Shown: positions 17,179 to 27,449, numbered from the stretch's first letter. The stretch is DNA of 64,000 bases from an uncultured bacterium (GCA_963713925.1 OY970212.1:1120001-1184000), one strand, 5' to 3'. A program made the numbers and translations. Notes: generated by a model not told the origin, from the sequence alone.

Positions 17179-17271
17179 TGGAGGAGAGAGGGGGATTCGA
17201 ACCCCCGATCCCGTTCATCGCGAGATAATCGCTTTCGAGGCGACCGCTTTCGACCACTCAGCCATCTCTCC
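17179..17271 (-). tRNA. tRNA-Ser(CGA) with encoded CCA
   Basis: GGAGAGA acceptor stem, anticodon loop CT-CGA-AA, long variable arm, GGTTCGAATCC T-arm. Confidence 0.96.
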
Positions 17272-17516
17272 ACAACACCCAATCTGCGTGCTAGCACTTC
17301 GATTGGGACCCGAATATATCAAAATTTCGTTTTTATTATATCTAACTCATACTTGCATATAGCGCTTTCTTTGAGTTAGTTTTGCTGTCCAATATACCTG
17401 ATTTTGTTTTTTTTAAAAGTTTTGATCGGCAAATGGGTTATATACCCACTATGTTCTTGATGTCCAACCCTTTTTGCAAAGCTGTACGCTTTTTTCTCAA
17501 TTTTTACCTGCTCATA

Positions 17517-18236
17517 TTATTTATCCATCTTGACTACATCAGCAAGCAAAGATGCCCCTTCTTGAATACAAACCTCATGAATCGCACTATTCACGCGCGA
17601 AAAATATTTTTCCAAAGCCAGATATTCCCAATCAACAGTATCTCCCATTGCTTTTGCCAACCTCTCTGCATCTCCTTGGGCAAAAGCCTGAAAATACTGA
17701 TTCCTATTATCAACAATTGATAGTGCAACTTTTGTAAGCTCACCAACAAGCCGTTCTTTTTGTTCATCGGTGCGACAAGCCATGTATGAATCATATTCCG
17801 CTATTTTTTCGTCCGATATATATATCTTGCCTCTCACAAAATCATAGAGGCGAAGAGCTTGGATTTGAGATATATTTCTTGGACACGGTGAAAGATATCC
17901 CGCTCTATTTAATATAAAAGTTGGTTTTATGCCTACGTTTGTCGCACTTTTAACCTTTTCATATACACCTATTAAAACAGCATGTGCAGTTTTGAGATCA
18001 ATGGAATGAATAACTGATTTTTTATTAATGTATCGGCAGGAAATCATCGTTTGATTGTTGATCTTTTTGATTTCAAATTTTGCCAATATAAATGCATCTA
18101 TTAATGAGTTTACTCTCCCCAAAAAAAATGGTGATGCTTGCGGCTTGTAAATCGCACAAAATAAATCGTTATTATTGCTATTACTTGCGGATAATGGAAG
18201 ACAAAAGATACATGATGTAAAAAATATATTTCTCAT
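17517..18236 (-). CDS. Secreted hypothetical protein
   Basis: Signal-like N-terminus; open frame of about 240 codons directly downstream of the Sel1 gene. Confidence 0.65.
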   Translation of the reverse strand: MRNIFFTSCIFCLPLSASNSNNNDLFCAIYKPQASPFFLGRVNSLIDAFILAKFEIKKINNQTMISCRYINKKSVIHSIDLKTAHAVLIGVYEKVKSATNVGIKPTFILNRAGYLSPCPRNISQIQALRLYDFVRGKIYISDEKIAEYDSYMACRTDEQKERLVGELTKVALSIVDNRNQYFQAFAQGDAERLAKAMGDTVDWEYLALEKYFSRVNSAIHEVCIQEGASLLADVVKMDK

Positions 18237-18285
18237 AATTTCTTTTCTTAGATGCATCATAATTCAAGTTTTTTCTTACATTATT

Positions 18286-20286
18286 CTATTTCTTCGGTCT
18301 CAACAAGCGATGATACACACATGCATCGCCCGAATCTTTTTCCATCATAAACGTGTATTCCGCCCGGCATTCTCTCTTTTTTCCGGTGCTCAGATCAATG
18401 CGCGTCACATCTGCAATCAAACAATCTTGACTTTGAGAAATTCCATCTTTAACAAATGGAACGAGCTGACCATAATACTGAACAACATAATCAAGCATTT
18501 GGGCAAAAGTATGATCATGTTTTGTGTCTTCTCTTTTCACTCGTTGTCGTTGTAAAATACGTGGATGAAAGGTGAGGGCTGAAATACTGGCCAAATCTCT
18601 TTCGATATGTTCCGGCGCATACACAACCAATTTTTCATTGTGTACGGAATCGAAAATCTCAATCTGTTTTGTATTGTGGTTCACTCTTTTTACAAGACTG
18701 CCATCGGCAGTTTGAAAATAATCATTCCACTGCTCTTTTGAAACTGAAAATGGTGTTTCGTCTACACCGCTCTGCGTTTTTTCAATGGGGGCTACTGCTG
18801 CGCTTGCTGAAACTGCCGCTTCATGTTTCTTTTTCAATCTTTCAAGAGATGGTAGTAGCTCCTCTGTTTTAAAAAAGACATCATCTATTTTCGTTTCCGA
18901 CTCTTCGATAAGTCGTAAACCGGCCGGTATATCTTGCTTCACGCCAAGGCCAATGAGACGCATATACCCACGAGCAAAAAGCAATGATCTGTATTGTGTC
19001 CCAGTATTATTCTTTATTTTCGACAAATAACTATCAGCTTTTTGATTATGAGCGGTAACACCCATTCCATATTTATAGCCAATAGCAAGCTGCAGCCAGA
19101 CAATCGGAATTGCTTCTTCTGAAGCCTGTTGCAAATAACTCATCCCTTGTTCGGGAGATTCAAAAAGTAGCTTACAACCAATTAAAAATTGGGCGAGTCT
19201 ACAACCACTATCAGCAGATTTTTTAATATCTTCTTCTGCCGCTTTCTTATCCCCCTGAATTTTATTGATCAAAGTCAAACGCGCAAGCTCGAAAGCTCCA
19301 TTCAATTGATTCTTTTTGTAATGATCTACCGCTTTTTGAATGTCTATATTCTCTTTACCAAAAACCCCTTCGTAAGTGCGCGCAATGGTAGTAACAACAT
19401 GGCAATAGAGGTCTAGATCTTTCTCTTTATCAATTTTTTGCTCGCTATCAAACAGTAATCTCAATCCCTCAGCCGCATTTCTCGGCACCACAGCTCCCTG
19501 TAAATAGTGCAGCGCCAAACCCCACTGTGCGTTATGATCCCCTTGCAGCGATAAATCTCTTAAAATAGCAATTGCTTGATCATGTGCGTTGCTATCATTC
19601 CCCTGAAGAAGAAGGAATGCCAGCTGTTTTTGTGAATCACGAATCAAATCTTGATAGTGTGAAAATTTCCGATATGGCTCCAATACAGCAACAGTTTTTT
19701 TAAAGTATGTCTTAGCTTCATCATGCTTACCAAGCTTCAGATATGCGTCTGCCACAAAATAATTGTTATCAATTAATCCGTCTTTAACTGCATCAAAAGC
19801 ATATTGTAACATATCTCCATAACGTTCTTTTACCTGGGCAATTAAAACCAGGTGTGCATGCGCTGGCAAATATCCATATTTGCGCGACTGCAGCAACCAT
19901 TGTTCTCCTATTTTAACATCTTCACCGACTGGCGGAGTGCCAAGGGTATATCTTACTCCGATAACAAAAGCCGTCTCAGCAGTCTGAGTTGCTGAAAAAT
20001 TTGGATTTTTCGAATCTAGGGCAACAAATTTCAAACCTGAACGAGCATTCACATTTCTGGATCTACACGCCTTTTTACAAAACAGCAGACGCTCCTTCGT
20101 AGCAGCTTCAAGATTCTTGAATGTATCCGGATCCAATGGAGTGACACACATTTGTTGCACTTCCAACGAAGGTTTTACCGCAAAGTCCGGTGAGAGTTGT
20201 AATGTGCGTTTATCAGAATCATCCATTGAATAAATGCTACACATAGTAAAAATAAGACCAATTATAAAAGGACAGAATTTTTTCAT
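18286..20286 (-). CDS. Secreted Sel1/TPR-repeat protein with uncharacterised C-terminal HPR...HxF...YHR domain
   Basis: AQWGLALHYLQGAVVPRNAAEG, LAIGYKYGMGV, GLGVKQDIPAG Sel1 motifs; RBS AAGGAG. Confidence 0.8.
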   Translation of the reverse strand: MKKFCPFIIGLIFTMCSIYSMDDSDKRTLQLSPDFAVKPSLEVQQMCVTPLDPDTFKNLEAATKERLLFCKKACRSRNVNARSGLKFVALDSKNPNFSATQTAETAFVIGVRYTLGTPPVGEDVKIGEQWLLQSRKYGYLPAHAHLVLIAQVKERYGDMLQYAFDAVKDGLIDNNYFVADAYLKLGKHDEAKTYFKKTVAVLEPYRKFSHYQDLIRDSQKQLAFLLLQGNDSNAHDQAIAILRDLSLQGDHNAQWGLALHYLQGAVVPRNAAEGLRLLFDSEQKIDKEKDLDLYCHVVTTIARTYEGVFGKENIDIQKAVDHYKKNQLNGAFELARLTLINKIQGDKKAAEEDIKKSADSGCRLAQFLIGCKLLFESPEQGMSYLQQASEEAIPIVWLQLAIGYKYGMGVTAHNQKADSYLSKIKNNTGTQYRSLLFARGYMRLIGLGVKQDIPAGLRLIEESETKIDDVFFKTEELLPSLERLKKKHEAAVSASAAVAPIEKTQSGVDETPFSVSKEQWNDYFQTADGSLVKRVNHNTKQIEIFDSVHNEKLVVYAPEHIERDLASISALTFHPRILQRQRVKREDTKHDHTFAQMLDYVVQYYGQLVPFVKDGISQSQDCLIADVTRIDLSTGKKRECRAEYTFMMEKDSGDACVYHRLLRPKK

Positions 20287-20487
20287 ACTTCTCCTTGCAC
20301 AGGAATGAGTTGATCTGAACAAAAAATTCGATATCGTATGTACCATAGTAAATATTCATCTAAAAAAAGGAAGTTTCATATGAATACTCATCTTTCACGC
20401 GCATGGACGACGCAGCTAATAATTGGTACACTCATCTCGCTCGTAACATCATTTGTAGCAAGTAAAGAAAAAGGGGAACCGGTTATC

Positions 20488-21951
20488 ATGGAAAAGATGC
20501 AAGCTATAGTACTCGGGGCAGGCAAATCAACCCGATTCAACACCGGCAATAGTAAGTTGATTGAGCCTATTTGCGGCCAGCCGATGATTCTCTATTCCAC
20601 AAAATTATTGGCAAAACTTGATATTGCAACCATTGTTGTTGTCGGTTATCAAAAAGAACTTATTATGGACACCATCAACAAAGTGCATAGAGGAACGGTT
20701 CAATTTGCCGAGCAAGTCGAACAACGCGGAACCGGTGATGCCATTAAATGTTCAAAAGATTTTTGGAAACGTGATCATATCTTAATTCTCAACGGCGATA
20801 TGCCGTTGATCGACGAATCAATTGTTCTCGATTTGTATCATCAACATATGCAATCAAACGCCGCTATCAGCTTTGTCACTTCACACATCGAAACCACAAA
20901 TCATGGCTACGGACGAGTGGTGACGCAAGATGGTATCACGCAAATCATTGAAGCGAAAGATTTCACTCTCAATCCAGACGAACACTGTGTTATCAATGCA
21001 GGTGTTTATTTAGTCAAACGAACATTCCTGCAAGATTCGATTAATAAACTGAATTGCAACAACAAAAGTAATGAATTTTATATCACTGACTTGGTGAAAA
21101 TTGCTTCAGAAAGCGGTGCCGGCGTTTCCACGCTCATGGTTCCGTTTGATCTAGTTCGCGGCATTAACACCATGCAAGAACTCTGGGCTGCAGAGCAGAT
21201 TCAGCGATCGCGCATCATCAAGCACCACATGGATAATGGCGTTCGCTTTTCAGTCGCCCAAAATGTGCATGTTGATCTTGATGTAGAAATCGGCTCGGGA
21301 TCATACATCGGATGCGGCGCTCATCTAATTAAAGACACTCGCATTGGTAAAAATTGCATGATTCACGAAAATGTTTCCATTGAATCCAGCGACATTGGCG
21401 ATTCATGCGAAATCAAGCCATTTACCATCATCACCGAATCAATTATTGCAGGCAATTGCTCAATAGGTCCTTTTGCTCACATCAAGCAACATTCCATGAT
21501 TGGAGAACAATCTACTATTGGAAATTTTGTTGAAATCAAAGAATCAAAAATCGGTAGCAGCACAAAAGCAAAACATCTTGCCTATATCGGCAATGCGCTC
21601 ATCGGCGATCAGGTCAATATTGGCGCGGGGACCATCACATGCAACCATAATGGGGTGAGCAAACACCAAACAACAATATCAGACAATGCCTACATCGGCA
21701 GCAATAACACACTGATTGCTCCGGTTACCGTCGGGGCAGAAGCATACACTGCTGCTGGATCGGTCATTACTCAAGACGTTCCTGCAGGAGCGCTCGCCAT
21801 CGGACGCGCACGCCAAGTTAACAAAGAAGGGTATGCGCATAATCTGCGTCAAAATGACCAGATGCACTCGCAGCATGAAGTCATTGAAACCAAATTAATG
21901 TTTTCTGGTGCTCTCAAAACACAGAACGATACAACAAATCATTCAGATTAA
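20488..21951 (+). CDS. glmU: Bifunctional UDP-GlcNAc pyrophosphorylase/glucosamine-1-P acetyltransferase
   Basis: VLGAGKSTRF, GTGDA, NGDMPL, hexapeptide repeats, GNFVEIK, NIGAGTITCN. Confidence 0.96.
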   Translation: MEKMQAIVLGAGKSTRFNTGNSKLIEPICGQPMILYSTKLLAKLDIATIVVVGYQKELIMDTINKVHRGTVQFAEQVEQRGTGDAIKCSKDFWKRDHILILNGDMPLIDESIVLDLYHQHMQSNAAISFVTSHIETTNHGYGRVVTQDGITQIIEAKDFTLNPDEHCVINAGVYLVKRTFLQDSINKLNCNNKSNEFYITDLVKIASESGAGVSTLMVPFDLVRGINTMQELWAAEQIQRSRIIKHHMDNGVRFSVAQNVHVDLDVEIGSGSYIGCGAHLIKDTRIGKNCMIHENVSIESSDIGDSCEIKPFTIITESIIAGNCSIGPFAHIKQHSMIGEQSTIGNFVEIKESKIGSSTKAKHLAYIGNALIGDQVNIGAGTITCNHNGVSKHQTTISDNAYIGSNNTLIAPVTVGAEAYTAAGSVITQDVPAGALAIGRARQVNKEGYAHNLRQNDQMHSQHEVIETKLMFSGALKTQNDTTNHSD

Positions 21952-21952
21952 A

Positions 21953-22016
21953 GGGACCCACGCGACCTGTCCGCCGTAGCCTTGTGCGAAGGAGGAAGCG
22001 TCAACAAAGTGTGGGT
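21953..22016 (-). repeat. Family B hairpin repeat carrying a nested family A copy (21966-21996)
   Basis: GGGACCCACGC...[CCTGTCCGCCGTAGCCTTGTGCGAAGGAGG]...GTGTGGGT. Confidence 0.65.
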
Positions 22017-22025
22017 AAAATAATT

Positions 22026-23267
22026 ATGATACGCTTTATACACACCGCTGACGTACATTACGGCATGGAAAATTATGGCCGCATTGACCAGGCAACCGGG
22101 ATTCATTCTCGATTGCTCGATTTTCATAAGTCTTTTAACATCTGCATTGATTATGCGATAGAACATGCCGTCGATTTCTTTCTGTTCTCCGGCGATGCGT
22201 ATAAAACGACAATGCCAAGCCCCACGCAGCAAAAATTATTTTTAAAATCATTGCTTCGTCTGCAACAAGCGGGAATTCCGGTTGTGCTTATCATTGGCAA
22301 CCATGATAACCCACTCAGTTTCGGCAAAGCACACACGCTCGATCTCTTTTCTGAACTTCCGCTGGCAGGCTTTCATGTCATATCGAAACCATCGATTGTG
22401 TCATTGAACACAAAAAATGGCCCGGTCAACGTTGTTGGGATCCCCTGGCCAACCCGCAACACCATCAGCATAAGCTCAAAATATGGGGCGCTCAATGCAA
22501 TCGAAATTACTGATCATATTTCGCAAGCAGTTGCGCGCATTATTGCCGAGTTGGCAGGACGATTGGACAAATCAATCCCGACTGTGCTCGGTGCGCACCT
22601 GACAGTAAGCTCTGGAATTTTTTCAGGATCTGAAAAACGAGCCATTTATGGCACTGACCCCATTTTATTACCTTCGCAATTGGCTATCGAACCATTTGAT
22701 TATGTTGGATTGGGCCACTTGCATCGGTATCAAAATCTGAATGAAAACGGATATCCGGCCGTTGTCTATTCGGGATCAATTGATCGAGTTGATTTCGGCG
22801 AACGAAAAGAAGAAAAAGGGTTTTGCGATGTGATGATCCAAAGCAAAGGAAAAACATCACATCAATTTATCCAAGTGCCCACACGTCCGTTTTTGCAAAT
22901 CGAGATTGAGCTGACTGAAGCAAAAGATCATACTGATCAGATCATTCATCATCTGAACAAATATGATATTCAAGATGCCGTTATTAAAATAATTTACCAT
23001 TTACCCCCCGACACAAAAGATAGTGTGAATGTTTCACTCGTGCAAAAAGCATGCAGCGCGGCATGGTATATTGTCGGCATTATCCCAATTCGAGCATTGA
23101 GCGCAAAACAGCGCCGCGCACAACTGAGTGTCGACATGGATTTGGAGACAGTGCTTGATCGCTATTTTGATTCCAAAGCTGATTTAAAAGTGCACAAAGA
23201 GCGGTTGGTGCAAAAGGCGCTTGCTTTGGCGCAAGAAGTTGCGAGTGAAAGCGAAGAGAACGTGTAG
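22026..23267 (+). CDS. sbcD: SbcD/Mre11-family exonuclease subunit
   Basis: HTADVHYG, SGD, GNHD, LGHLH, YSGS...DFGE. Confidence 0.92.
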   Translation: MIRFIHTADVHYGMENYGRIDQATGIHSRLLDFHKSFNICIDYAIEHAVDFFLFSGDAYKTTMPSPTQQKLFLKSLLRLQQAGIPVVLIIGNHDNPLSFGKAHTLDLFSELPLAGFHVISKPSIVSLNTKNGPVNVVGIPWPTRNTISISSKYGALNAIEITDHISQAVARIIAELAGRLDKSIPTVLGAHLTVSSGIFSGSEKRAIYGTDPILLPSQLAIEPFDYVGLGHLHRYQNLNENGYPAVVYSGSIDRVDFGERKEEKGFCDVMIQSKGKTSHQFIQVPTRPFLQIEIELTEAKDHTDQIIHHLNKYDIQDAVIKIIYHLPPDTKDSVNVSLVQKACSAAWYIVGIIPIRALSAKQRRAQLSVDMDLETVLDRYFDSKADLKVHKERLVQKALALAQEVASESEENV

Positions 23268-23287
23268 CCTACTCCGCGTAGGCTGAC

Positions 23288-23583
23288 GCAAAGGGTAACG
23301 CCCCTTTTGAAACCCAAATTTGATTTTTAAAGAATGGTTTTTTGCCCACTGCGCGTGGGCCAGCGGCAAAAGACCCGCTTCCCGCGGTGGGGCAAGAGTA
23401 GTTTTGCCACCACTCTTGCATCTCGGGCATTTAAAACCAAGGTTTTAAAATTTCCTTGAGGTTCAACTCACCCAGCCTACGTTTATCCAGGCCTTCCGGC
23501 TTGGCAAACTACGGCGGGCAGGCCATACTTTAATTAAATCGCTTCCATTGGTTCGGTAAACCTCATCAGACTTTTTTATTTTA
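23288..23583 (+). repeat. Long structured repeat, copy 1 (inverted relative to 24582-24840)
   Basis: Near-identical blocks, e.g. CCTTGAGGTTCAACTCACCCAGCCTACGTTTATCC and AACCTCATCAGACTTTTTTATTTTA. Confidence 0.85.
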
Positions 23584-23636
23584 CGAATGAAAACTTTAAT
23601 GCGAAATCAATTGGCTTTGGAATTGTGAGTTTGTTA

Positions 23637-23680
23637 CCGTTCGTGCTGAGCGAAGTGTAACGCAGTCGAAGCATACGAAC
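23637..23680 (-). repeat. Family C repeat
   Basis: Reverse-complement similarity to 6422-6465. Confidence 0.75.
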
Positions 23681-23710
23681 TTCTTTTCTGATCTCAAGAA
23701 TTTTACAAGC

Positions 23711-24463
23711 TTAGAGAGCCAAATCCTGTCGGATCTTTTTCAATATCGCTATGCGCTCTGCTGGAGTTGGGTGATAAGCAGAAGTTGTTTCATCCGTCGC
23801 ATAAAAATCGATTAAATATTTTCCATGATCACATGAATGGAGGGTGGCATATACATCTGCCCTTATTTCGTGAGCACGACGCAATAGATAACTTGCTTCT
23901 TCAATCTCCTCGTAACTTTCCTGAGAATGAGTCCAGACCAAGCATTGGACAAGCTCCCTGTGAAAATTATCCTCATAGATGATGTGGCTCAATTCATGAC
24001 GCAAAATCTCTTTTAATTGAGGAATATTTTTTACATGCTGTTCACTATTAAGATTAATAAAACATTCTTTGGTTGCGTAGTTCCGACATACACTTACCTG
24101 TTGGAGCAAAAAATCGTCATGTGATAAAATTCGGATCTTTACATCGGTCGGAAAAATAGTTTTAGCAGTTCCTAAAATGACTGCTGTTGAATTACTCGTA
24201 GATGTGCCATGGATCTGGTCATACAAAGCGACCATATCTTGAACCAATCTATCATGACTTAATTTTAGGTCTGCATGAAGTTTTGCATCATCAAGCTCCT
24301 TTTGATCTACTCCATATTTTTTAAGAAACGTCTCCTTTTCTCTTGCTACATTTTCATGGGCCCAATCCATCCATTTCATTTTGATAGCATTAGCGTTTTG
24401 ATCCACATCAGCAGAAAACAGCCCGACACATGTCAATAATGCTGCAAACAACATATGTTTCAT
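23711..24463 (-). CDS. Secreted M48-family zinc metallopeptidase
   Basis: HELSH, ExxAD (EIRAD), HPxxxER (HPTPAERI); signal peptide. Confidence 0.8.
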   Translation of the reverse strand: MKHMLFAALLTCVGLFSADVDQNANAIKMKWMDWAHENVAREKETFLKKYGVDQKELDDAKLHADLKLSHDRLVQDMVALYDQIHGTSTSNSTAVILGTAKTIFPTDVKIRILSHDDFLLQQVSVCRNYATKECFINLNSEQHVKNIPQLKEILRHELSHIIYEDNFHRELVQCLVWTHSQESYEEIEEASYLLRRAHEIRADVYATLHSCDHGKYLIDFYATDETTSAYHPTPAERIAILKKIRQDLAL

Positions 24464-24581
24464 GATGTATTCCCCTTATTCTACGAAATTAAGATCCAGA
24501 TTACACCCCGCTTTAGGGCTAGACAAGCGCCAATAATTCTACGACATTGTCATTTGACTTGAAACTATAATGTCACATAAA

Positions 24582-24840
24582 TAAAATAAAAAAGTCTGAT
24601 GAGGTTCACCTGAACACATGATAGAATGTTTTTTACAATTATGGCCTGCCCGCCGAAGTTTGCCGAGCCGGAAGGCCCGGATAAACGTAGGCTGGGTGAG
24701 TTGAACCTCAAGGAATTTTTAAAACCTCGGTTTTAAACGCCCGAAATGCAAAAACGGTGGCGAGACCGTTTTTGCCGCGAGTCCCCGCGGAGGGGACAAA
24801 ATGTTTCTGGGGGTTTCAAAAGGGATGCTATCCCTTTGCC
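24582..24840 (-). repeat. Long structured repeat, copy 2
   Basis: Reverse complement of 23288-23583 with indels; extra family A copy at 24844-24892. Confidence 0.85.
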
Positions 24841-24913
24841 GTGCCCGGCGTAGCCTGCCGAGCCGGAAGGCCCGGATAGGCAGAGCCTGGGCACCTGCCC
24901 CCTTGGTGAGGGG

Positions 24914-25411
24914 CTATATGTCTCCTAATGTCGGTGCAACGCTTGATGTCAACTGATCAAAATTAAGCAAAATTCTTCTGAAAAATATATCGCTTGCCAA
25001 CTCAGTGGGTGTATATCCTAGATCATTTCTGCCATAAATATCAGCTCCAAATCCAAGCAATGTATAGAGCGCTTTACGCCTATTTGCTTTACGAGTGTCA
25101 TACATAACGACATAATGGAGCGGAGTGTTACCATAAATATCACGCGCATTGGGGTCATCTCCAGCAGCTAAATAGCCATCCAAAGCAGTCCAATCAGCCG
25201 CTATCGCTGCGTGGTGCACACGGGTGCGCTTACGTGCGTCGAGTTGTTCATAATGTGGCTTTTTCTGATCTTTCCCATTGAGGTTATCGTTATGTTTGTC
25301 GCGCATCAGATTGATTCTATTTTTCATAGAAGCAGTGAGAGTCGAACTTTGTTGCCCTGCATTGAGCATAACTACGCCGGTGATGCACATAATAAAAAAT
25401 ATTTTTTTCAT
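24914..25411 (-). CDS. Secreted ankyrin-repeat protein
   Basis: GDDPNARDIYGNTPLHY, GADIYGRNDLGYTP; signal peptide. Confidence 0.88.
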   Translation of the reverse strand: MKKIFFIMCITGVVMLNAGQQSSTLTASMKNRINLMRDKHNDNLNGKDQKKPHYEQLDARKRTRVHHAAIAADWTALDGYLAAGDDPNARDIYGNTPLHYVVMYDTRKANRRKALYTLLGFGADIYGRNDLGYTPTELASDIFFRRILLNFDQLTSSVAPTLGDI

Positions 25412-25654
25412 ATGAAGCCTCGCTTCTTTTTATGTCATTCAAATTCAATGCTAAGCCGCACATTTTACACAGTTTGATTGAAATATTTTCTTTCCTGTAA
25501 TGCAACACTATAGTACTCTTATGGCATGTAGATATACAAGAAAAACTATTTAACCGGACAGCGAAAAGTCTGCGTTCTTTTTCAGTCCGGTTGGTACAAC
25601 GATTGAATTCATTACGAAATCATGGCTTAAAGACATGGAATTTATCGGAGATGC

Positions 25655-26785
25655 ATGAAACGAGTTCTCATTTTCACTTCAGCCGGCGGAGGCGGACATT
25701 TATCCGCCAGTAACGCCATCAAACAACAACTTGAGGCCTATTACACGGTAGAAACTCGTCTCATTTTTGAAGTACTAAGTTCAATTGATGTTATCCGTTT
25801 TTTTACATTTCAAAAATATGGGTTTGAAGATTTTTATAATTATCTTTTAAAGAAACAGTATCTTAAAATTCTCAATCTATGTATCGCATTAGGACTTGTA
25901 TACTTCAGACTGCGACCCAAAAAAATCACGGCGGTCATGACGCAATTCTTAAGCAAAGATAAGCCTGACCTCATTATTTCAGTCATTCCGTTATTCAATC
26001 AATATATCCATAAAGCAGCCCAACAACTTTCCATTCCTTTCATTTTGGTGCCAACAGACCTTGATATCACTACCTTTGTTACCGGCATTCAAGATACCTA
26101 TCCCAAATTCAAATTAGCTCTGGCATTCGAAGATCCGGCGTGCACGAAGCTTGCAGAATCACACGCAATCACCAAGCGACATATGGCGGTAACCGGTTTT
26201 CCACTCAAGAAAGATTTTTTTAAAACCGACCTGTTGCGCACGTCCGTCCATCAAGAATTTTCAATTGATGCATCAAAACCCGTCATTATGATTCTCATGG
26301 GAGCCCAGGGATCATTTTCCACTTATACACTCGCCCGAGAATTACAATATTGTGTCATGCCCGTGCATATCATTTTTTGTCTGGGGAGAAATGAATCGTT
26401 GAGAGCAAAAATTCAGGCGCTCCAATTTGGGGAACATGTTAGTTATAGCATTGTCGGATTTACCAATAAAATTTCAGAGCTTATGTCGGTGAGCGATCTG
26501 ATTATTACCAAATCAGGTTCGGTAAGCGTCTGCGAAGCACTCTATAAAAATATCCCAATTATTTTAGATGGAACATCAGATTTATTACTGTGGGAAAAAT
26601 TTAATCATTCATTTATAGAACAACACAAATTCGGCAGAGTCTTAAAACATCCAAGAGAATTGTGTTTTCTCATTGAGCAATTTTTATCGAAACCCGTGCA
26701 TCGGCAATATAAGAAAAATATTGAACTGCTTGAGAAAAAACAGGGCGTTGTCGAAATTGAGAAACTAGTGAAAGAAATGATATAG
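25655..26785 (+). CDS. MGDG-synthase/UgtP-like GT28 glycosyltransferase
   Basis: SAGGGGHLSA, PDLIISV, VPTD, GFTNKISELMSVSDLIITKSG. Confidence 0.88.
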   Translation: MKRVLIFTSAGGGGHLSASNAIKQQLEAYYTVETRLIFEVLSSIDVIRFFTFQKYGFEDFYNYLLKKQYLKILNLCIALGLVYFRLRPKKITAVMTQFLSKDKPDLIISVIPLFNQYIHKAAQQLSIPFILVPTDLDITTFVTGIQDTYPKFKLALAFEDPACTKLAESHAITKRHMAVTGFPLKKDFFKTDLLRTSVHQEFSIDASKPVIMILMGAQGSFSTYTLARELQYCVMPVHIIFCLGRNESLRAKIQALQFGEHVSYSIVGFTNKISELMSVSDLIITKSGSVSVCEALYKNIPIILDGTSDLLLWEKFNHSFIEQHKFGRVLKHPRELCFLIEQFLSKPVHRQYKKNIELLEKKQGVVEIEKLVKEMI

Positions 26786-26814
26786 ATGAAAGAGTGGACT
26801 TGAAGTCCACTCTT

Positions 26815-27078
26815 TCATCTATTTGGCCGCTTATGTAAGCTGTGAGCGCCTTTTCTTGTATAACTTGGATTAGACGCTTTCGTTTTCTGATTTCGTTTTT
26901 GTTGAATCAAATTAGCTTTATTAAAATTATTAATTCGCGGCGGTGTGTTCACTTGGTTTTGTGCCAATTGCGCCATTTCAATGGTGTATGCAAGCGGCAA
27001 CAATGGATGTAAATGCTCCATGGCAAACAGAGAAGCGCTGTTCAACAATGCGAAAACACCAACTATTTTTATGTTCAT
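26815..27078 (-). CDS. Small secreted protein with basic C-terminus
   Basis: Signal peptide ending SLFA; K/R-rich tail. Confidence 0.6.
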   Translation of the reverse strand: MNIKIVGVFALLNSASLFAMEHLHPLLPLAYTIEMAQLAQNQVNTPPRINNFNKANLIQQKRNQKTKASNPSYTRKGAHSLHKRPNR

Positions 27079-27119
27079 AAAATCCTTTTTATCATGCAAA
27101 AGCGCATGGTTTGTTATTC

Positions 27120-27449
27120 TCATTTTTTGATTTCTTTTTCAAGATCTAAGACAATTTGATTCGCTTTCGTATGCTGTTCAAGCTTATACGCCAGCAATTT
27201 ATCCTTATCCTGTTGGTCTAACGGGTTTCCTAAAGTTTTATATCCAAGTTCGAAACCACTGATGCGCCCGTAACAATCATTCATTGCTTCTCTTGCTTTC
27301 TCAAATTCTTTTAAAGCAACAGTTTTGTCATGATCAAGTTTTTTTAAAGTAGCCGCTTCTAATGCATCAAGTCTTTGCTGTGGAGACTTGTCTGCCGCAT
27401 ATTGCATACCGATCACGCAAGCGGTCACTAAATACATGAGATTTTTCAT
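27120..27449 (-). CDS. Small secreted helical protein (paralog of 27487-27816)
   Basis: MKNLMYL...QYAA, CxGxISGxExG, EKEIKK tail. Confidence 0.7.
   Translation of the reverse strand: MKNLMYLVTACVIGMQYAADKSPQQRLDALEAATLKKLDHDKTVALKEFEKAREAMNDCYGRISGFELGYKTLGNPLDQQDKDKLLAYKLEQHTKANQIVLDLEKEIKK

Noticed and set aside
17100..20300. tRNA-anchored genomic island or prophage
   Set aside because: No integrase, no duplicated tRNA 3' end and no phage genes seen.
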